From an uncultured Clostridia bacterium (GTDB taxonomy: Bacteria > Bacillota > Clostridia > Oscillospirales > Acutalibacteraceae): a stretch of DNA of 64,000 bases. The position numbers and the translations under genes are program-made. The notes beneath the pieces are model-generated. The model was not told the origin of the DNA, ran no database searches, and saw only the letters and a program-made list of their open reading frames with translations. The stretch lies in the NCBI GenBank assembly GCA_947168445.1, contig CAMVLW010000006.1:276-64275 (forward strand), read 5' to 3'. Shown piece by piece: positions 21,160-33,327 of this stretch (positions within the stretch are counted from its first letter, which is position 1; every line of letters begins with the position of its first letter).

Positions 21160-23931
21160 GTGGCACAGAATAGTTTATTACCCGAAGAAAAAGCAAGGGT
21201 GAAAATAGACAGGCAATTAACTAATGCCGGATGGGATATTGTATCTCGGGATGAGTATGTTCCGAGGAGCGCGTCCGCTGTTAAAGAAGCATTGATGCAA
21301 GGCAATACAGAAAGCGATTATCTGCTGTTTGTTGACGATAAAGCGATTGCTGTTGTCGAAGCAAAGCGTGAAGAAAACCCTCTCGGTGGTGACGTACAAA
21401 TTCAGGCAGAGGATTATGCCTGTAATCCACAGGACTGGTACGGCGTATGGTTCCCGAATCAAATTCCTTTGGTATACCTTGCAAACGGCAATAAGATTTA
21501 CTTTAAGAATATGCTGCAACCGGACAGTGACTACATTGAGCTGAGTGAAATGCACTCTCCGAAAAAGATGTTGAAGCTTATCGGTCAGGTATCGGAATAC
21601 GGTGCTCTGCCACGTTTAGACAAGCGCGGGTTGCGCGACTGTCAATACCGTGCAGAGATGAAGTTTGAAGAATCCATAAAAAACGGCGAAAAGAAAAGTC
21701 TTGCGATTCTTGCGACCGGTTCCGGTAAAACATATCTTGCTTGTTTAGCGACATATCGTCTTTTAAACTATACTAACGCCAAAAGAGTACTCTTTTTGGC
21801 GGATAGAAACAATCTTGCAAAGCAAGCTAAAACAGAATTCTGCACCTTCAATCGTACTGAAAATCAAGAAGAAATGAGCTCTTTATATACGATCGAAAGG
21901 TTGAGAAAAGATTCTGATATAAAAGCTGATATCGTAATTTCCACGATTCAGAAGCTTTTTGCGGTTCTCACCGGTAAACAACTCACCGATGACGATAGTG
22001 AGGATGCCGAAGATGAAAAAAATGCTGTTAAAGAAGAAGCAGAAGAAACTAAAGAAATACAGCTTGGTGATAGCCTTTTCCTTCCCTCCGATTATTTTCA
22101 ACTCATTATTGTAGATGAATGTCACCGCTCGATTTACGGTAAGTGGAGAGCAGTTCTTGATTACTTCTCGGATGCTCACGTTCTCGGATTGACCGCAACA
22201 CCGACTCCGGAGGCGTATGCGTTCTTCAATTACAATAAGGTTGAAGAATATTCATATGAAGATTCTGTAGTAGACGGGGTCAATGTCCCGTCCAGAATAT
22301 ATCGAATAAAAACAGAAAAAACCGAGCACGGCGGCGTTATTGACGCCGGAACTCGTGTTGTTGAAACTTCTCGCAGAACCGGCAATGAAAACGAATACGA
22401 AGCACACCACAGAATAGATTACGATTCTTCTGCGCTGGATAGGTCGGTAGTAAATCCCGACCAAATCAGAAAGGTATTAACCACCTATAAAAAAGCGTTA
22501 TATGAAGACTTATATCCTGAGCGGGAAAAGAAATGGGAGTATATTCCAAAGACCTTGATTTTTGCCAAGGATGATTATCACGCTACTCGGATTGTAGAAA
22601 TTGCAAAAGAAGTTTTTGGCGAAGAATTTGAAGGCGGCGAAGTTCCCGAACATTTTGTGCAGAAAATCACCTACACCGCAGAAGATTCAAACGGTTTGAT
22701 TCGTGACCTCAGAGTGGAAAAGGATTTCCGAATCGCTGTTACTGTTACACTTGTAGCAACCGGCACAGACGTTAAACCGCTTGAAGTTGTTCTGTTTATG
22801 AAAGATGTCCGTTCGGACACCCTGTATACGCAGATGAAGGGACGCGGCTGCCGTGTAATCGACGACGATAAGCTGAAAGAAGTCACTCCAAACGCAATCA
22901 CCAAGGAATGTTACTACATTGTTGACGCAGTGGGCGTAACAGAGTCAGATAAGGTGATTCCTCAGCCTGTAATCGGTCCCGGAAACGGCAAAAAGGTTCT
23001 TCCGCTGGATAAACTGTTGGAGCACCTTGCCCACAACGAAGTGAGCGATGAAAACCTTTGGCTGTTGCGCGACTATTGCTCAACTATCAATCGCAGATAC
23101 GAAAACAACGTACTGTTCGGCAAACATCTTGACTATTTTAATACTACCTTTGGTTTTTCTCCCAAAACCATCGCCTTTCGTATTCAGGAAGCTTATGATA
23201 AAGAGCTCCTTCCTACATATACAAGCCCGTCAAACGACAATACCGAGCGAATGGATTTGATTATAGATTTAATCGGCAACATTCCTGCACGGCGCAAACT
23301 GCTGGAAATGCAGCGAGGTTATTTTGTAACAACCGAGGATGATCCCGATAAGCTCATCTATGCAGGCTTTTCCAAGGAAACCGCACGGTCCTTTATTGAT
23401 AATTTTGAAAAGTATCTTAATGATAATAAAGACAGCATTGAGGCTTTGCGTATCATATACAATTCCGAGGATGTTGTGATCACTCACAGTATGCTTGTTG
23501 AATTGCGTGACAGTTTGCTTTCGGAAAGCCGTCAGTACAGCCCATATCAAATCTGGCGCAATTACAAAGTGATTGACGAATTCGGTAATGTAGATGAACT
23601 GGATATGAAGGCTAATTTCAACGCGCTGACAAATCTCATTCAGATTGTGCGTTTTGCTTATCATAAAAACCAAAAGCTCACCGCATTGATCAAGGGCTAC
23701 TCGCAGCGCTTCAACCTGTACTGCGGTCAGGCGCAGCGTGCTTTATCGGATGACCAAATAGAAATTATGCGGCAGATTGCGGAGTTCGTGATCAACGACG
23801 GCGCAATCACCGCAATGGAATTAAATGAAATCGACACAGACCTCTGGCGCAGAGGAATAACAAGTTTTACTGCTCCTGTTTTCAACGACGAGATACAAAC
23901 GATGTCAAGATTTTTACTGAGAGCAGCATAA
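21160..23931 (+). CDS. hsdR: Type I restriction enzyme subunit R (EcoEI-like)
   Basis: SDYLL...VVEAKR nuclease motif, ATGSGKT, IIVDECHRSIY, GLTATP, QMKGRGCR. Confidence 0.93.
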   Translation: MAQNSLLPEEKARVKIDRQLTNAGWDIVSRDEYVPRSASAVKEALMQGNTESDYLLFVDDKAIAVVEAKREENPLGGDVQIQAEDYACNPQDWYGVWFPNQIPLVYLANGNKIYFKNMLQPDSDYIELSEMHSPKKMLKLIGQVSEYGALPRLDKRGLRDCQYRAEMKFEESIKNGEKKSLAILATGSGKTYLACLATYRLLNYTNAKRVLFLADRNNLAKQAKTEFCTFNRTENQEEMSSLYTIERLRKDSDIKADIVISTIQKLFAVLTGKQLTDDDSEDAEDEKNAVKEEAEETKEIQLGDSLFLPSDYFQLIIVDECHRSIYGKWRAVLDYFSDAHVLGLTATPTPEAYAFFNYNKVEEYSYEDSVVDGVNVPSRIYRIKTEKTEHGGVIDAGTRVVETSRRTGNENEYEAHHRIDYDSSALDRSVVNPDQIRKVLTTYKKALYEDLYPEREKKWEYIPKTLIFAKDDYHATRIVEIAKEVFGEEFEGGEVPEHFVQKITYTAEDSNGLIRDLRVEKDFRIAVTVTLVATGTDVKPLEVVLFMKDVRSDTLYTQMKGRGCRVIDDDKLKEVTPNAITKECYYIVDAVGVTESDKVIPQPVIGPGNGKKVLPLDKLLEHLAHNEVSDENLWLLRDYCSTINRRYENNVLFGKHLDYFNTTFGFSPKTIAFRIQEAYDKELLPTYTSPSNDNTERMDLIIDLIGNIPARRKLLEMQRGYFVTTEDDPDKLIYAGFSKETARSFIDNFEKYLNDNKDSIEALRIIYNSEDVVITHSMLVELRDSLLSESRQYSPYQIWRNYKVIDEFGNVDELDMKANFNALTNLIQIVRFAYHKNQKLTALIKGYSQRFNLYCGQAQRALSDDQIEIMRQIAEFVINDGAITAMELNEIDTDLWRRGITSFTAPVFNDEIQTMSRFLLRAA

Positions 23932-23940
23932 GAGGTGTAA

Positions 23941-26768
<2,828 letters not shown>

Positions 26769-26774
26769 GGAAAA

Positions 26775-27338
26775 TTGTTGGAAAAAGCATACGAAATAAA
26801 ACTTCCCGAGGATTTTGATAACTATCCTCAGGATGATGGATTATACATATACCGTTCACATGATGACGGTATACTCCTTGACTGTAAAGCGTTTTATTTT
26901 GTCTTTTGTGATTTGGAAGAACGTTGCCGTATCCCTTGGGATGATCCGGTAAAGATGCAAAAATTTGATGAAGATTATAAGACAGGAAAGCATCCTTATT
27001 TAATTCCGGCTTTAGTAACAAATGGGGTTCTTGCGGCTGAATTAGCTCTGAAATACATAACTAAACTCGAAACTGGTTCATTTGAATTTACGCACAATAT
27101 AGATAAGCTGTTTTATTCACTGCCCCAAGTACACAGAGATAACCTTTCAACAATGATTAAGGAGAAAGCCCATCAAAATGATGAAACTCTCAAGGCTAAC
27201 TTGGAAACAATAAAAAACTTTTTTGTGGATTGGCGCTATTCCTTTCAGTTTAATGTAATAGGTTACAGCAGCTTCTTAAATTATTTCATACATATTGTTT
27301 GTGATTATACCATTGATATTGCCCAACGTAATGAATAG
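26775..27338 (+). CDS. HEPN-like domain protein
   Basis: AELALK...THNIDKLF..L...FVDWRY pattern typical of HEPN domains; 6 bp after hsdS. Confidence 0.6.
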   Translation: MLEKAYEIKLPEDFDNYPQDDGLYIYRSHDDGILLDCKAFYFVFCDLEERCRIPWDDPVKMQKFDEDYKTGKHPYLIPALVTNGVLAAELALKYITKLETGSFEFTHNIDKLFYSLPQVHRDNLSTMIKEKAHQNDETLKANLETIKNFFVDWRYSFQFNVIGYSSFLNYFIHIVCDYTIDIAQRNE

Positions 27339-27417
27339 GTATAAAACCTGTACGATATGCTTTTTTATGATCAACAAGATCCTGCCCCATATTTAAAAGT
27401 ACGCAAAGGGGGAAATC

Positions 27418-28167
27418 ATGAAATATAAAATACCGCATTTGTTATATGTTGTTTTATTGCTTATTTCGATAGCTATTACTGCATTAACATTCTTTATTAA
27501 GGATCCCGCTTGGAGTACTGTTGTTGCAAGTGTAGGCGCCGGTGGAATAGCGTCTGTTGTTGTGGCGTGGTTGTTAGATTACCGAAAAACAAAAATCCAG
27601 GCGATAGAAAACAAAGCCAGACACGAAGAATTAATGCGTCAATTCATACGAATCTACCGTAGGCTGATGTCTCGCGTTGCCAGTGAATGCTATGGATTAT
27701 GCGATAAAGATGAAAAGCATTCCTTTCATTTCTGGATTCAGCTACTAAGTTCCAATGTGGATTGTTTACCTAAAGAAGGGCAACACTCTACTAAAAATCG
27801 ATGTGCTCATATTTTGAGCTCTGTAGAATCACTGCAACGGCAAATTGAGATTTTCCAATCGCAGAGCGCTACATTGATTTATCAAGATTTTCCCGATTTA
27901 GAGCAAACCTTGCAATTCTTTGAATTACTATGGGTTCATTGTTGGGGAACTATAAAACAGTTTGAAACTGAAAACTACAAAGTCTTCATTGATACAACAT
28001 ATATTCTTTATGATGACTTTATCAATGAGTTCCCGCAGTACAAAGATGATCTGCCTGATGATTATTCCATCAATGAAGCAGTGCAGCTTTTGAATGAATA
28101 TGGATCTCATCCCAAAAGCAAAAATGAATCGACCAAAGGAGACGGTATCCTGTTTTTGTGCGAATAA
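27418..28167 (+). CDS. Hypothetical protein with two N-terminal TM helices
   Basis: Two hydrophobic segments within the first 55 aa, helical remainder. Confidence 0.7.
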   Translation: MKYKIPHLLYVVLLLISIAITALTFFIKDPAWSTVVASVGAGGIASVVVAWLLDYRKTKIQAIENKARHEELMRQFIRIYRRLMSRVASECYGLCDKDEKHSFHFWIQLLSSNVDCLPKEGQHSTKNRCAHILSSVESLQRQIEIFQSQSATLIYQDFPDLEQTLQFFELLWVHCWGTIKQFETENYKVFIDTTYILYDDFINEFPQYKDDLPDDYSINEAVQLLNEYGSHPKSKNESTKGDGILFLCE

Positions 28168-28190
28168 TAAAAATATAAGGAAGGAATAGT

Positions 28191-29087
28191 ATGGATAAAA
28201 AAGTATCTTCGAACAATCTTATTATACCCGTATATATTAACGAAAAAATAGTATTAGATATGCTCGCTATAGTTGAAGATGGATTTTCAACGGTCAGCCA
28301 AGTAAATTACACTATGCAAAAGGAAAGTACTAACGGAGAGAAAGCAGGTGTTTCTGTCTCAACTTCAGCAACACTATTAAGCAAACTTCTTAAATTGGAT
28401 GTTTCAGGTAATGTCGACCATTCAGGGAAAAAAGGAGAAACTGAAAATATAATTCGTGAAAAAATACATACAAACGCTTCTTTGCTATCTAAGTTTCGTA
28501 GTATGTTAATTGAAAATAAAGCCATAAAAACCAATTCAAATATCAAAGACATTCAAGTCGGAGATTTTATAGAGGTATCCGGACAACTTGAAAAAAACCC
28601 ATTAGTAAATTACTTAGAATTATTTGTTGATTTTATAAAATTAGCAAACAATCTTTCTGATGAGCCGGAATTAGGAACGAAAAAACAAGCTAACGCCCAG
28701 AAAAGCAGTAACTACAAAATTATAAAACAAATTGAAACATTCCGCAGTGAACTTATTCAAAGCGGAACAATTGACTTTGTTTTATCTGATAGTAATGGAA
28801 CTGTTGTACTTTCTGCTCAAGAGCAGTATTTGGAAAATGACAATATTTCTGAAATAATAGGTGGAAGATTTAGAGTGCTTGGAAAAGTAATATCAGTATG
28901 TCCTGATGAATCGGAAAGTATTGATTTGTTAAGGAAGTCTTCACTGTCAGTGGTTTCTGAGGGACTATTAAATAAAATGTTCTCTGGCTTAAATAATGAT
29001 GAAACAAAACAGTTTAATTTGCCTGAGTTAAGAACTCGAATACCCGGACCAGCATTGATTGTGATTCCAATAGCTATTTTTGCTTGA
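28191..29087 (+). CDS. Hypothetical protein (DUF6414-like)
   Basis: PVYINEKIVLDMLAIVEDGF N-terminus; RVLGKV and IPIAIFA C-terminal motifs. Confidence 0.6.
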   Translation: MDKKVSSNNLIIPVYINEKIVLDMLAIVEDGFSTVSQVNYTMQKESTNGEKAGVSVSTSATLLSKLLKLDVSGNVDHSGKKGETENIIREKIHTNASLLSKFRSMLIENKAIKTNSNIKDIQVGDFIEVSGQLEKNPLVNYLELFVDFIKLANNLSDEPELGTKKQANAQKSSNYKIIKQIETFRSELIQSGTIDFVLSDSNGTVVLSAQEQYLENDNISEIIGGRFRVLGKVISVCPDESESIDLLRKSSLSVVSEGLLNKMFSGLNNDETKQFNLPELRTRIPGPALIVIPIAIFA

Positions 29088-29121
29088 GAAAAATAGAATA
29101 TCTTATAATCAATAATCAAAA

Positions 29122-29155
29122 CCAGCTGATGCAATGATCCGATTGCATCAGCTGG
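29122..29155. terminator. Probable bidirectional terminator
   Basis: CCAGCTGATGCAAT...ATTGCATCAGCTGG perfect stem between convergent genes. Confidence 0.7.
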
Positions 29156-29162
29156 CAGTATA

Positions 29163-29519
29163 TTATGTACATATCAATTCGTTGTTAACAATTTCTTCTG
29201 CACGATTGCGAATGTTATTCATTCGAGCTACCCACAGCATCTGGTTATCTGCTTTGAGCTTTTCGTTGACACCTTCTTGCTTTGCAAGTTGATTTACTAA
29301 CCGAAAGAACATCTTCTCTGCCTGCTCGTCGATGTCAGCGAGGTAGGCGGTGAGCTTACAGCACGTTAGAAGGTTAGTATAAATGATAGGATGATGATTT
29401 TTGAGGTATCGCAAATGCCGCTTACCCCAAATACCGATTTCAACTTTCGGTTGTTCGGGCAATTTCAAATCGGGCAGTAAATAATCCCCCTGCTGTGTAT
29501 ATGTAATCTTTGTCGCCAT
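29163..29519 (-). CDS. tnpV: TnpV-family protein (copy 2)
   Basis: ITYTQQGDYLLPDL, IGIWGKRHLRYLK, MNNIRNRAEEIV. Confidence 0.9.
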   Translation of the reverse strand: MATKITYTQQGDYLLPDLKLPEQPKVEIGIWGKRHLRYLKNHHPIIYTNLLTCCKLTAYLADIDEQAEKMFFRLVNQLAKQEGVNEKLKADNQMLWVARMNNIRNRAEEIVNNELICT

Positions 29520-29522
29520 AAT

Positions 29523-29702
29523 TCAGACCTCCTTGATCTTGATATTCTTGACTTTGGCTTTCGTGAGTTTGATCAGCAGCTCGTCAATGACATCGGTATA
29601 TTTGCCCCGTGAGATGAGGTCATTCCTTAAATCAATCAGGCTGTTGATTACCGTACGCCGCTCATCGGGCGTTAGATACAGGTGGTATTTTGGATTTCTC
29701 AT
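29523..29702 (-). CDS. 59-aa small protein upstream of tnpV (absent from the ORF track)
   Basis: Hand-translated MRNPKYHLYLTPDERRTVINSLIDLRNDLISRGKYTDVIDELLIKLTKAKVKNIKIKEV; AAGGAGG RBS upstream. Confidence 0.7.
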   Translation of the reverse strand: MRNPKYHLYLTPDERRTVINSLIDLRNDLISRGKYTDVIDELLIKLTKAKVKNIKIKEV

Positions 29703-29831
29703 AGTAATTTCCTCCTTGACTTGAATTTTACATCCATATTATAGGAAGAAATTGAATAAACCACAAATGTGCGAGCGAGAAAAGTGTGTAACTGCCGATA
29801 AAACCTTAATTTTACATAAGTCCGTTATGAA

Positions 29832-29842
29832 CACTCGCACCA
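29832..29842 (+). other. Possible tRNA(-Leu) 3'-end remnant / attachment-site scar
   Basis: CACTCGCACCA ending in CCA at the edge of the mobile backbone; only 11 nt. Confidence 0.4.
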
Positions 29843-29851
29843 AGCGAAGAT

Positions 29852-29889
29852 AATCCGAACCTTCTCCCAGTTGGAGATGGGTTCGGATT
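29852..29889 (+). terminator. Stem-loop serving as group IIC intron target
   Basis: AATCCGAACC...GGTTCGGATT hairpin ending 4 nt before the intron 5' end. Confidence 0.7.
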
Positions 29890-30316
29890 TGTCGTTCGCC
29901 CAGAATGGGCAGTAACTTGGTGGTGAAAGTCCACTACACGCTTGGCAGTAGGAAGTGTTAGCTGAGGGCAAGGGTGTCCGTTGTGAAGCGGAATCTGAAG
30001 TAAGCCTAAGGCAAACTCTCGGTCTGACGAACAGAAATCGCATATAAGGCATAAGCGGGGCGGACGAGTCTGCGACACAAGACAAAGTCCAATACTGCCC
30101 GAACCCCGTGGTGTAAATGCGGCGGATATATGAGAGGAAGGTTGCTGTTCTTAACTGGGGAGGTCTTGCAGCTGTGATGAAGGACAGAAAGATTGACACC
30201 CGTCAAACCCGTGCAGTGATGTACGGCTGGGCTGCAAGAAGTCAGCAGAGGTCATAGTACCGAAAAAAATTCGGGAAGGACCGAACAAGAGTAGTCTTGG
30301 AAACGAAGGAGGAAGG

Positions 30317-30640
30317 AACAATTCCAAAGCGTGGGAATGGGCGAACAGCAGAAAAGCATATTGGCGCATAGCCGACAGCTATGTTCTGCACAGGTCATTA
30401 AGGCAACACCGCACAATTCAAGGCGCACGGCTTGCTTGAATATTATTCCGTCAGCTTGCCCAAAAAATCTCGGCAAGGCGTCAGCCTTACCTTGATTTAT
30501 TTGTACAACCTGACGAAAAATCTTGCTGCGCAATCCGCACACCTGAATTATGTGGTATTGCCTTAACAAACGAATACCTTGCATCCGTCGGGTATGACGA
30601 CATACTCAACAGATACAAGGTACTGCACTCAAACTATTGA
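30317..30640 (+). pseudogene. C-terminal remnant of intron-encoded maturase, split by a MITE
   Basis: NNSKAWEWANSRKAYWRIADSYVLHRSL (30317-30400) and TNEYLASVGYDDILNRYKVLHSNY* (30566-30640) rejoin in frame when the insertion is removed. Confidence 0.85.
30402..30562. mobile_element. 161-bp palindromic MITE with TTAA target duplication
   Basis: TTAA at 30398-30401 and 30563-30566; ends GGCAACACCGCACAATTCA / TGAATTATGTGGTATTGCC are imperfect inverted repeats. Confidence 0.85.
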
Positions 30641-30718
30641 ACCGCCGTGTACCGAACGGTACGCACGGTGGTGGGCAGGTCGGCTGCGAAATTTTTGGGC
30701 AGCCTCCTACTCGATTGA

Positions 30719-31564
30719 TTAAGCTCTTTCAAATTCAGGACGCCATGCCGCAAAGCTGTTAAGCTGTTCTTCAGTGCGGTGGTAGTAGCGCTTATCCTTA
30801 TCAAGCGTTGCGATTTTTGCTATTTCATCATCAGTGAGCGTAAAGTCGAGAATATCGAGGTTGTCCTTGATGTGCGCAACGTTCTTGCTGCCGGGAATCA
30901 CGACAAAGCCCATCTGGGTATGCCAGCGGAGAATGATTTGAGCAGGCGTTTTGCCGTACTTTTTGCCGAGTGCTGCAAAAACAGGTTCTTCCATCAGGCT
31001 CTTGTCACCGTGTCCGAGCGGATACCAGCTCATCAGCTTAATGCCGTATTTATCGAGTGTTTTGCGCAGCTCTTTCTGAGAAAAATAAGGGTGCGCTTCC
31101 ACCTGAATAAACTGCGGAGCAATTTCCCACTTGTGCTGCAATTCGTCAATGTACTTGCCCTCAAAGTTCGAGATACCGATGGACCTTGCCTTGCCCTCCT
31201 TGTACGCCTTTTCAAGCTGACGGTAGCCTGCGAGCCAGTTGCCTGCCGGCTGATGAATATAGAGCAAATCGACGTAATCAACGCCGAGTCTTTCAAGCGT
31301 TTCATCTACCGCGTTTTCGTTCTCGTATTCGCTGGGCCACAGCTTGGTAGAAATAAAGACATCTTCTCTTTTAAGACCGCTTTCTTTAATTCCTCTGCCG
31401 ACAGCACGCTCATTGACATAGGCGTTCGCTGTGTCTATCAGCGAGTAGCCCATCTTCAGGGCTTCGCGCACGCTGTTTTGAGCGTCCGCAGGCGCGAGCA
31501 TAAAGGTTCCGATTCCGATGACAGGACAGGTGATCCCGTTGTTAAGATTAATTGTTTCCATCAT
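30719..31564 (-). CDS. Aldo/keto reductase
   Basis: IDTANAYVNE, STKLW, DLLYIHQP, SIGISNF, LRWHTQ. Confidence 0.92.
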   Translation of the reverse strand: MMETINLNNGITCPVIGIGTFMLAPADAQNSVREALKMGYSLIDTANAYVNERAVGRGIKESGLKREDVFISTKLWPSEYENENAVDETLERLGVDYVDLLYIHQPAGNWLAGYRQLEKAYKEGKARSIGISNFEGKYIDELQHKWEIAPQFIQVEAHPYFSQKELRKTLDKYGIKLMSWYPLGHGDKSLMEEPVFAALGKKYGKTPAQIILRWHTQMGFVVIPGSKNVAHIKDNLDILDFTLTDDEIAKIATLDKDKRYYHRTEEQLNSFAAWRPEFERA

Positions 31565-31708
31565 TCATAGCTCCTTTTTGTAAATTAAGTAACTTTGGTT
31601 TCTTTTCTTGACTTTATTATATCATTTTGTTCTGCAAAAACAATGGGCAGTTTTCCCCGAAAAGTGAGTTAAGCAACCCTTTGCGGAAAAGAGTTGCTTA
31701 TCATTTGA

Positions 31709-32401
31709 TTATTTATTCAGACATTCCTTAACGGCGGTTTTTACGCTGTCGGGATTATTCTGCGTATCGGTTCCTGCAATTGCCAGCACATCTTTTACCG
31801 TTGCGTTCGGAACAGCGGACTGAATCTTGCTCTGTGTGCCTGCGTTGCCTGAGCCTGCGTGCGTGCAGAAGGGGATGATAGTCTTTCCCGAAAAATCATA
31901 GCTTTCAAGGAAGGTGTAGCAAATCATCGGCAAGTCTCCCCACCAAATCGGATAGCCGAGGTAGATAGTGTCGTATTGTTCAAAATTCTGCAAAGTGTCC
32001 TTGATTTCGGGACGGGCGTTTTGATTCTGTTCTTCCTTTGCAACGTCGGTTAGTTCCTTGTAGGTCATCGGGTAGTTATCGTTTTTCGGCAAAATTTCAA
32101 AGCTGTCCGCGCCTGTCTGCTCAACAATCATATCCGCGACAATGGCGGTGTTGCCCTTCTCAATTACACCAACGCCGTACTGTTCACCGGTGCGCGAGAA
32201 GTAGACGACAACGGAGCTTTTTCCGTTGCTTGTTGCTGTTGAATTTGATGTTTTGTTTTCTGCCGTTGCTTCATTGGCGGAAGCGGTTTCCGTTTTTGAG
32301 GCGGTTGCCTTTTCCGTGCTTTCATTCTTTGTGTTAGCCGAACAGCCCGCGAAAGCAAAAATCAGCGCAATCACGGTCAGCAAGGCGATGATTCTTTTCA
32401 T
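31709..32401 (-). CDS. Flavodoxin lipoprotein
   Basis: FAG-C lipobox, Ser/Thr linker, VVYFSRTG...GNT, LGYPIWWG, PFCTHAGSG. Confidence 0.88.
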   Translation of the reverse strand: MKRIIALLTVIALIFAFAGCSANTKNESTEKATASKTETASANEATAENKTSNSTATSNGKSSVVVYFSRTGEQYGVGVIEKGNTAIVADMIVEQTGADSFEILPKNDNYPMTYKELTDVAKEEQNQNARPEIKDTLQNFEQYDTIYLGYPIWWGDLPMICYTFLESYDFSGKTIIPFCTHAGSGNAGTQSKIQSAVPNATVKDVLAIAGTDTQNNPDSVKTAVKECLNK

Positions 32402-32425
32402 TTTGATTCCTCCGATACTGTATGA

Positions 32426-32941
32426 TTATTTCACCGCAGACCTTGCCCAGCTTTCCACCTGAGCTTTGGACGAGGGAGCGTTGCCGCCGTGAACGGCGAG
32501 GCTTGCGCCGATTTTTGCGCCCTTGCAGGCACTTTTCATTGTCTTGGGTACACCGCCGAGTCCTGAGCCTTCGTGAGTGACGACATAATGCACGGTCTTG
32601 CCGGTGAAGTCAAGCGCTTCGAGTTGTGTATACAGTGCCATCGGATAAACGCCCCACCAGTTGGGACCGACGACGAAGATGTTGTCGTAATCGGAAATAT
32701 CACTGAGCATTTCTTTCAGCTCGGGACGCGCCTTTGCTCTGAGCTCCGCCTTTGCTTCTTCGATGCAGACCATATAATCCTTGTCGTAGGGCTTGACGGT
32801 ATCGACCTCAAACACATCCGCGTCAACGGCGTTTTGGATAAACCCGGTAATCAACTCCGCGTTGCCTTTGGCAAGGCTTTTGATGGAACCGTTTACATAA
32901 TTCTGTCCGCGTCTGGAATAGTAGATGATTAGGTTTTTCAT
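32426..32941 (-). CDS. Flavodoxin
   Basis: MKNLIIYYSRRG, GPNWWG, THEGSG; own AAGGAGG RBS. Confidence 0.88.
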   Translation of the reverse strand: MKNLIIYYSRRGQNYVNGSIKSLAKGNAELITGFIQNAVDADVFEVDTVKPYDKDYMVCIEEAKAELRAKARPELKEMLSDISDYDNIFVVGPNWWGVYPMALYTQLEALDFTGKTVHYVVTHEGSGLGGVPKTMKSACKGAKIGASLAVHGGNAPSSKAQVESWARSAVK

Positions 32942-32995
32942 AATATCCTCCTTAGTAAGTTGAAGCCTTATCTCCGATAACAAGCTTTTTGCCCA

Positions 32996-33106
32996 TTGTA
33001 TCTGTTGAGAAATCGCCGACTGAGAGATATAGCAAGCCTCGGCAGCCTCGGTAAAGCTGCCTTTCTCCACAACGGTCTGGAAATACTTGATTTGTCTGAG
33101 TAACAT
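32996..33106 (-). pseudogene. Truncated LysR-type regulator (HTH only), in frame with the flavodoxin
   Basis: MLLRQIKYFQTVVEKGSFTEAAEACYISQSAISQQIQ followed by unrelated sequence. Confidence 0.8.
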
Positions 33107-33242
33107 TGACCTCAACCCTTATTATCTGATAATATCAGTATAATAAAAAACGGTTAAATTGTAAATACTTCGGATTTATTTTCAGCCGCTTCGTTAACGC
33201 AGGCAAGCGCGTTTTGTAAAAAGAAATATTTAATTTTTTATA

Positions 33243-33292
33243 TTGACATTGTGTCAGAATAGGTGTATCATATATTTATTAACACAGTGTCA
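33243..33292 (+). promoter_or_regulatory. Promoter with two palindromic candidate TetR operators
   Basis: TTGACA-17-TATCAT; TGACA-N3-TGTCA at 33244-33256 and TAACA-N3-TGTCA at 33280-33292. Confidence 0.55.
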
Positions 33293-33327
33293 GAAAGCGG
33301 ATTGTCAGCATTGAAAGGAGCCGGAAA

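Larger units (their letters stand above)
29894..30715 (+). mobile_element. Group IIC intron lacking its reverse transcriptase
   Basis: 5' GTTCGCCCAGAATGGGC..GGTGAAAGTCC; DIII-region AAGTCAGCAGAGGTCATAGTACC; short class-C DV ACCGCCGTGTACCGAACGGTACGCACGGTGGT (30641-30672); DVI ending CCTACTCGAT. Confidence 0.9.

Noticed and set aside
29769-29842. Possible complete tRNA (GTGCGAG...CTCGCACCA could pair as an acceptor stem)
   Set aside because: No D-arm or TTC-containing T-loop between the ends; only the 3' 11 nt are tRNA-like
29894-30715. Retron or diversity-generating retroelement
   Set aside because: No RT ORF, no template/variable repeat pair; the sequence is fully explained as a group IIC intron remnant
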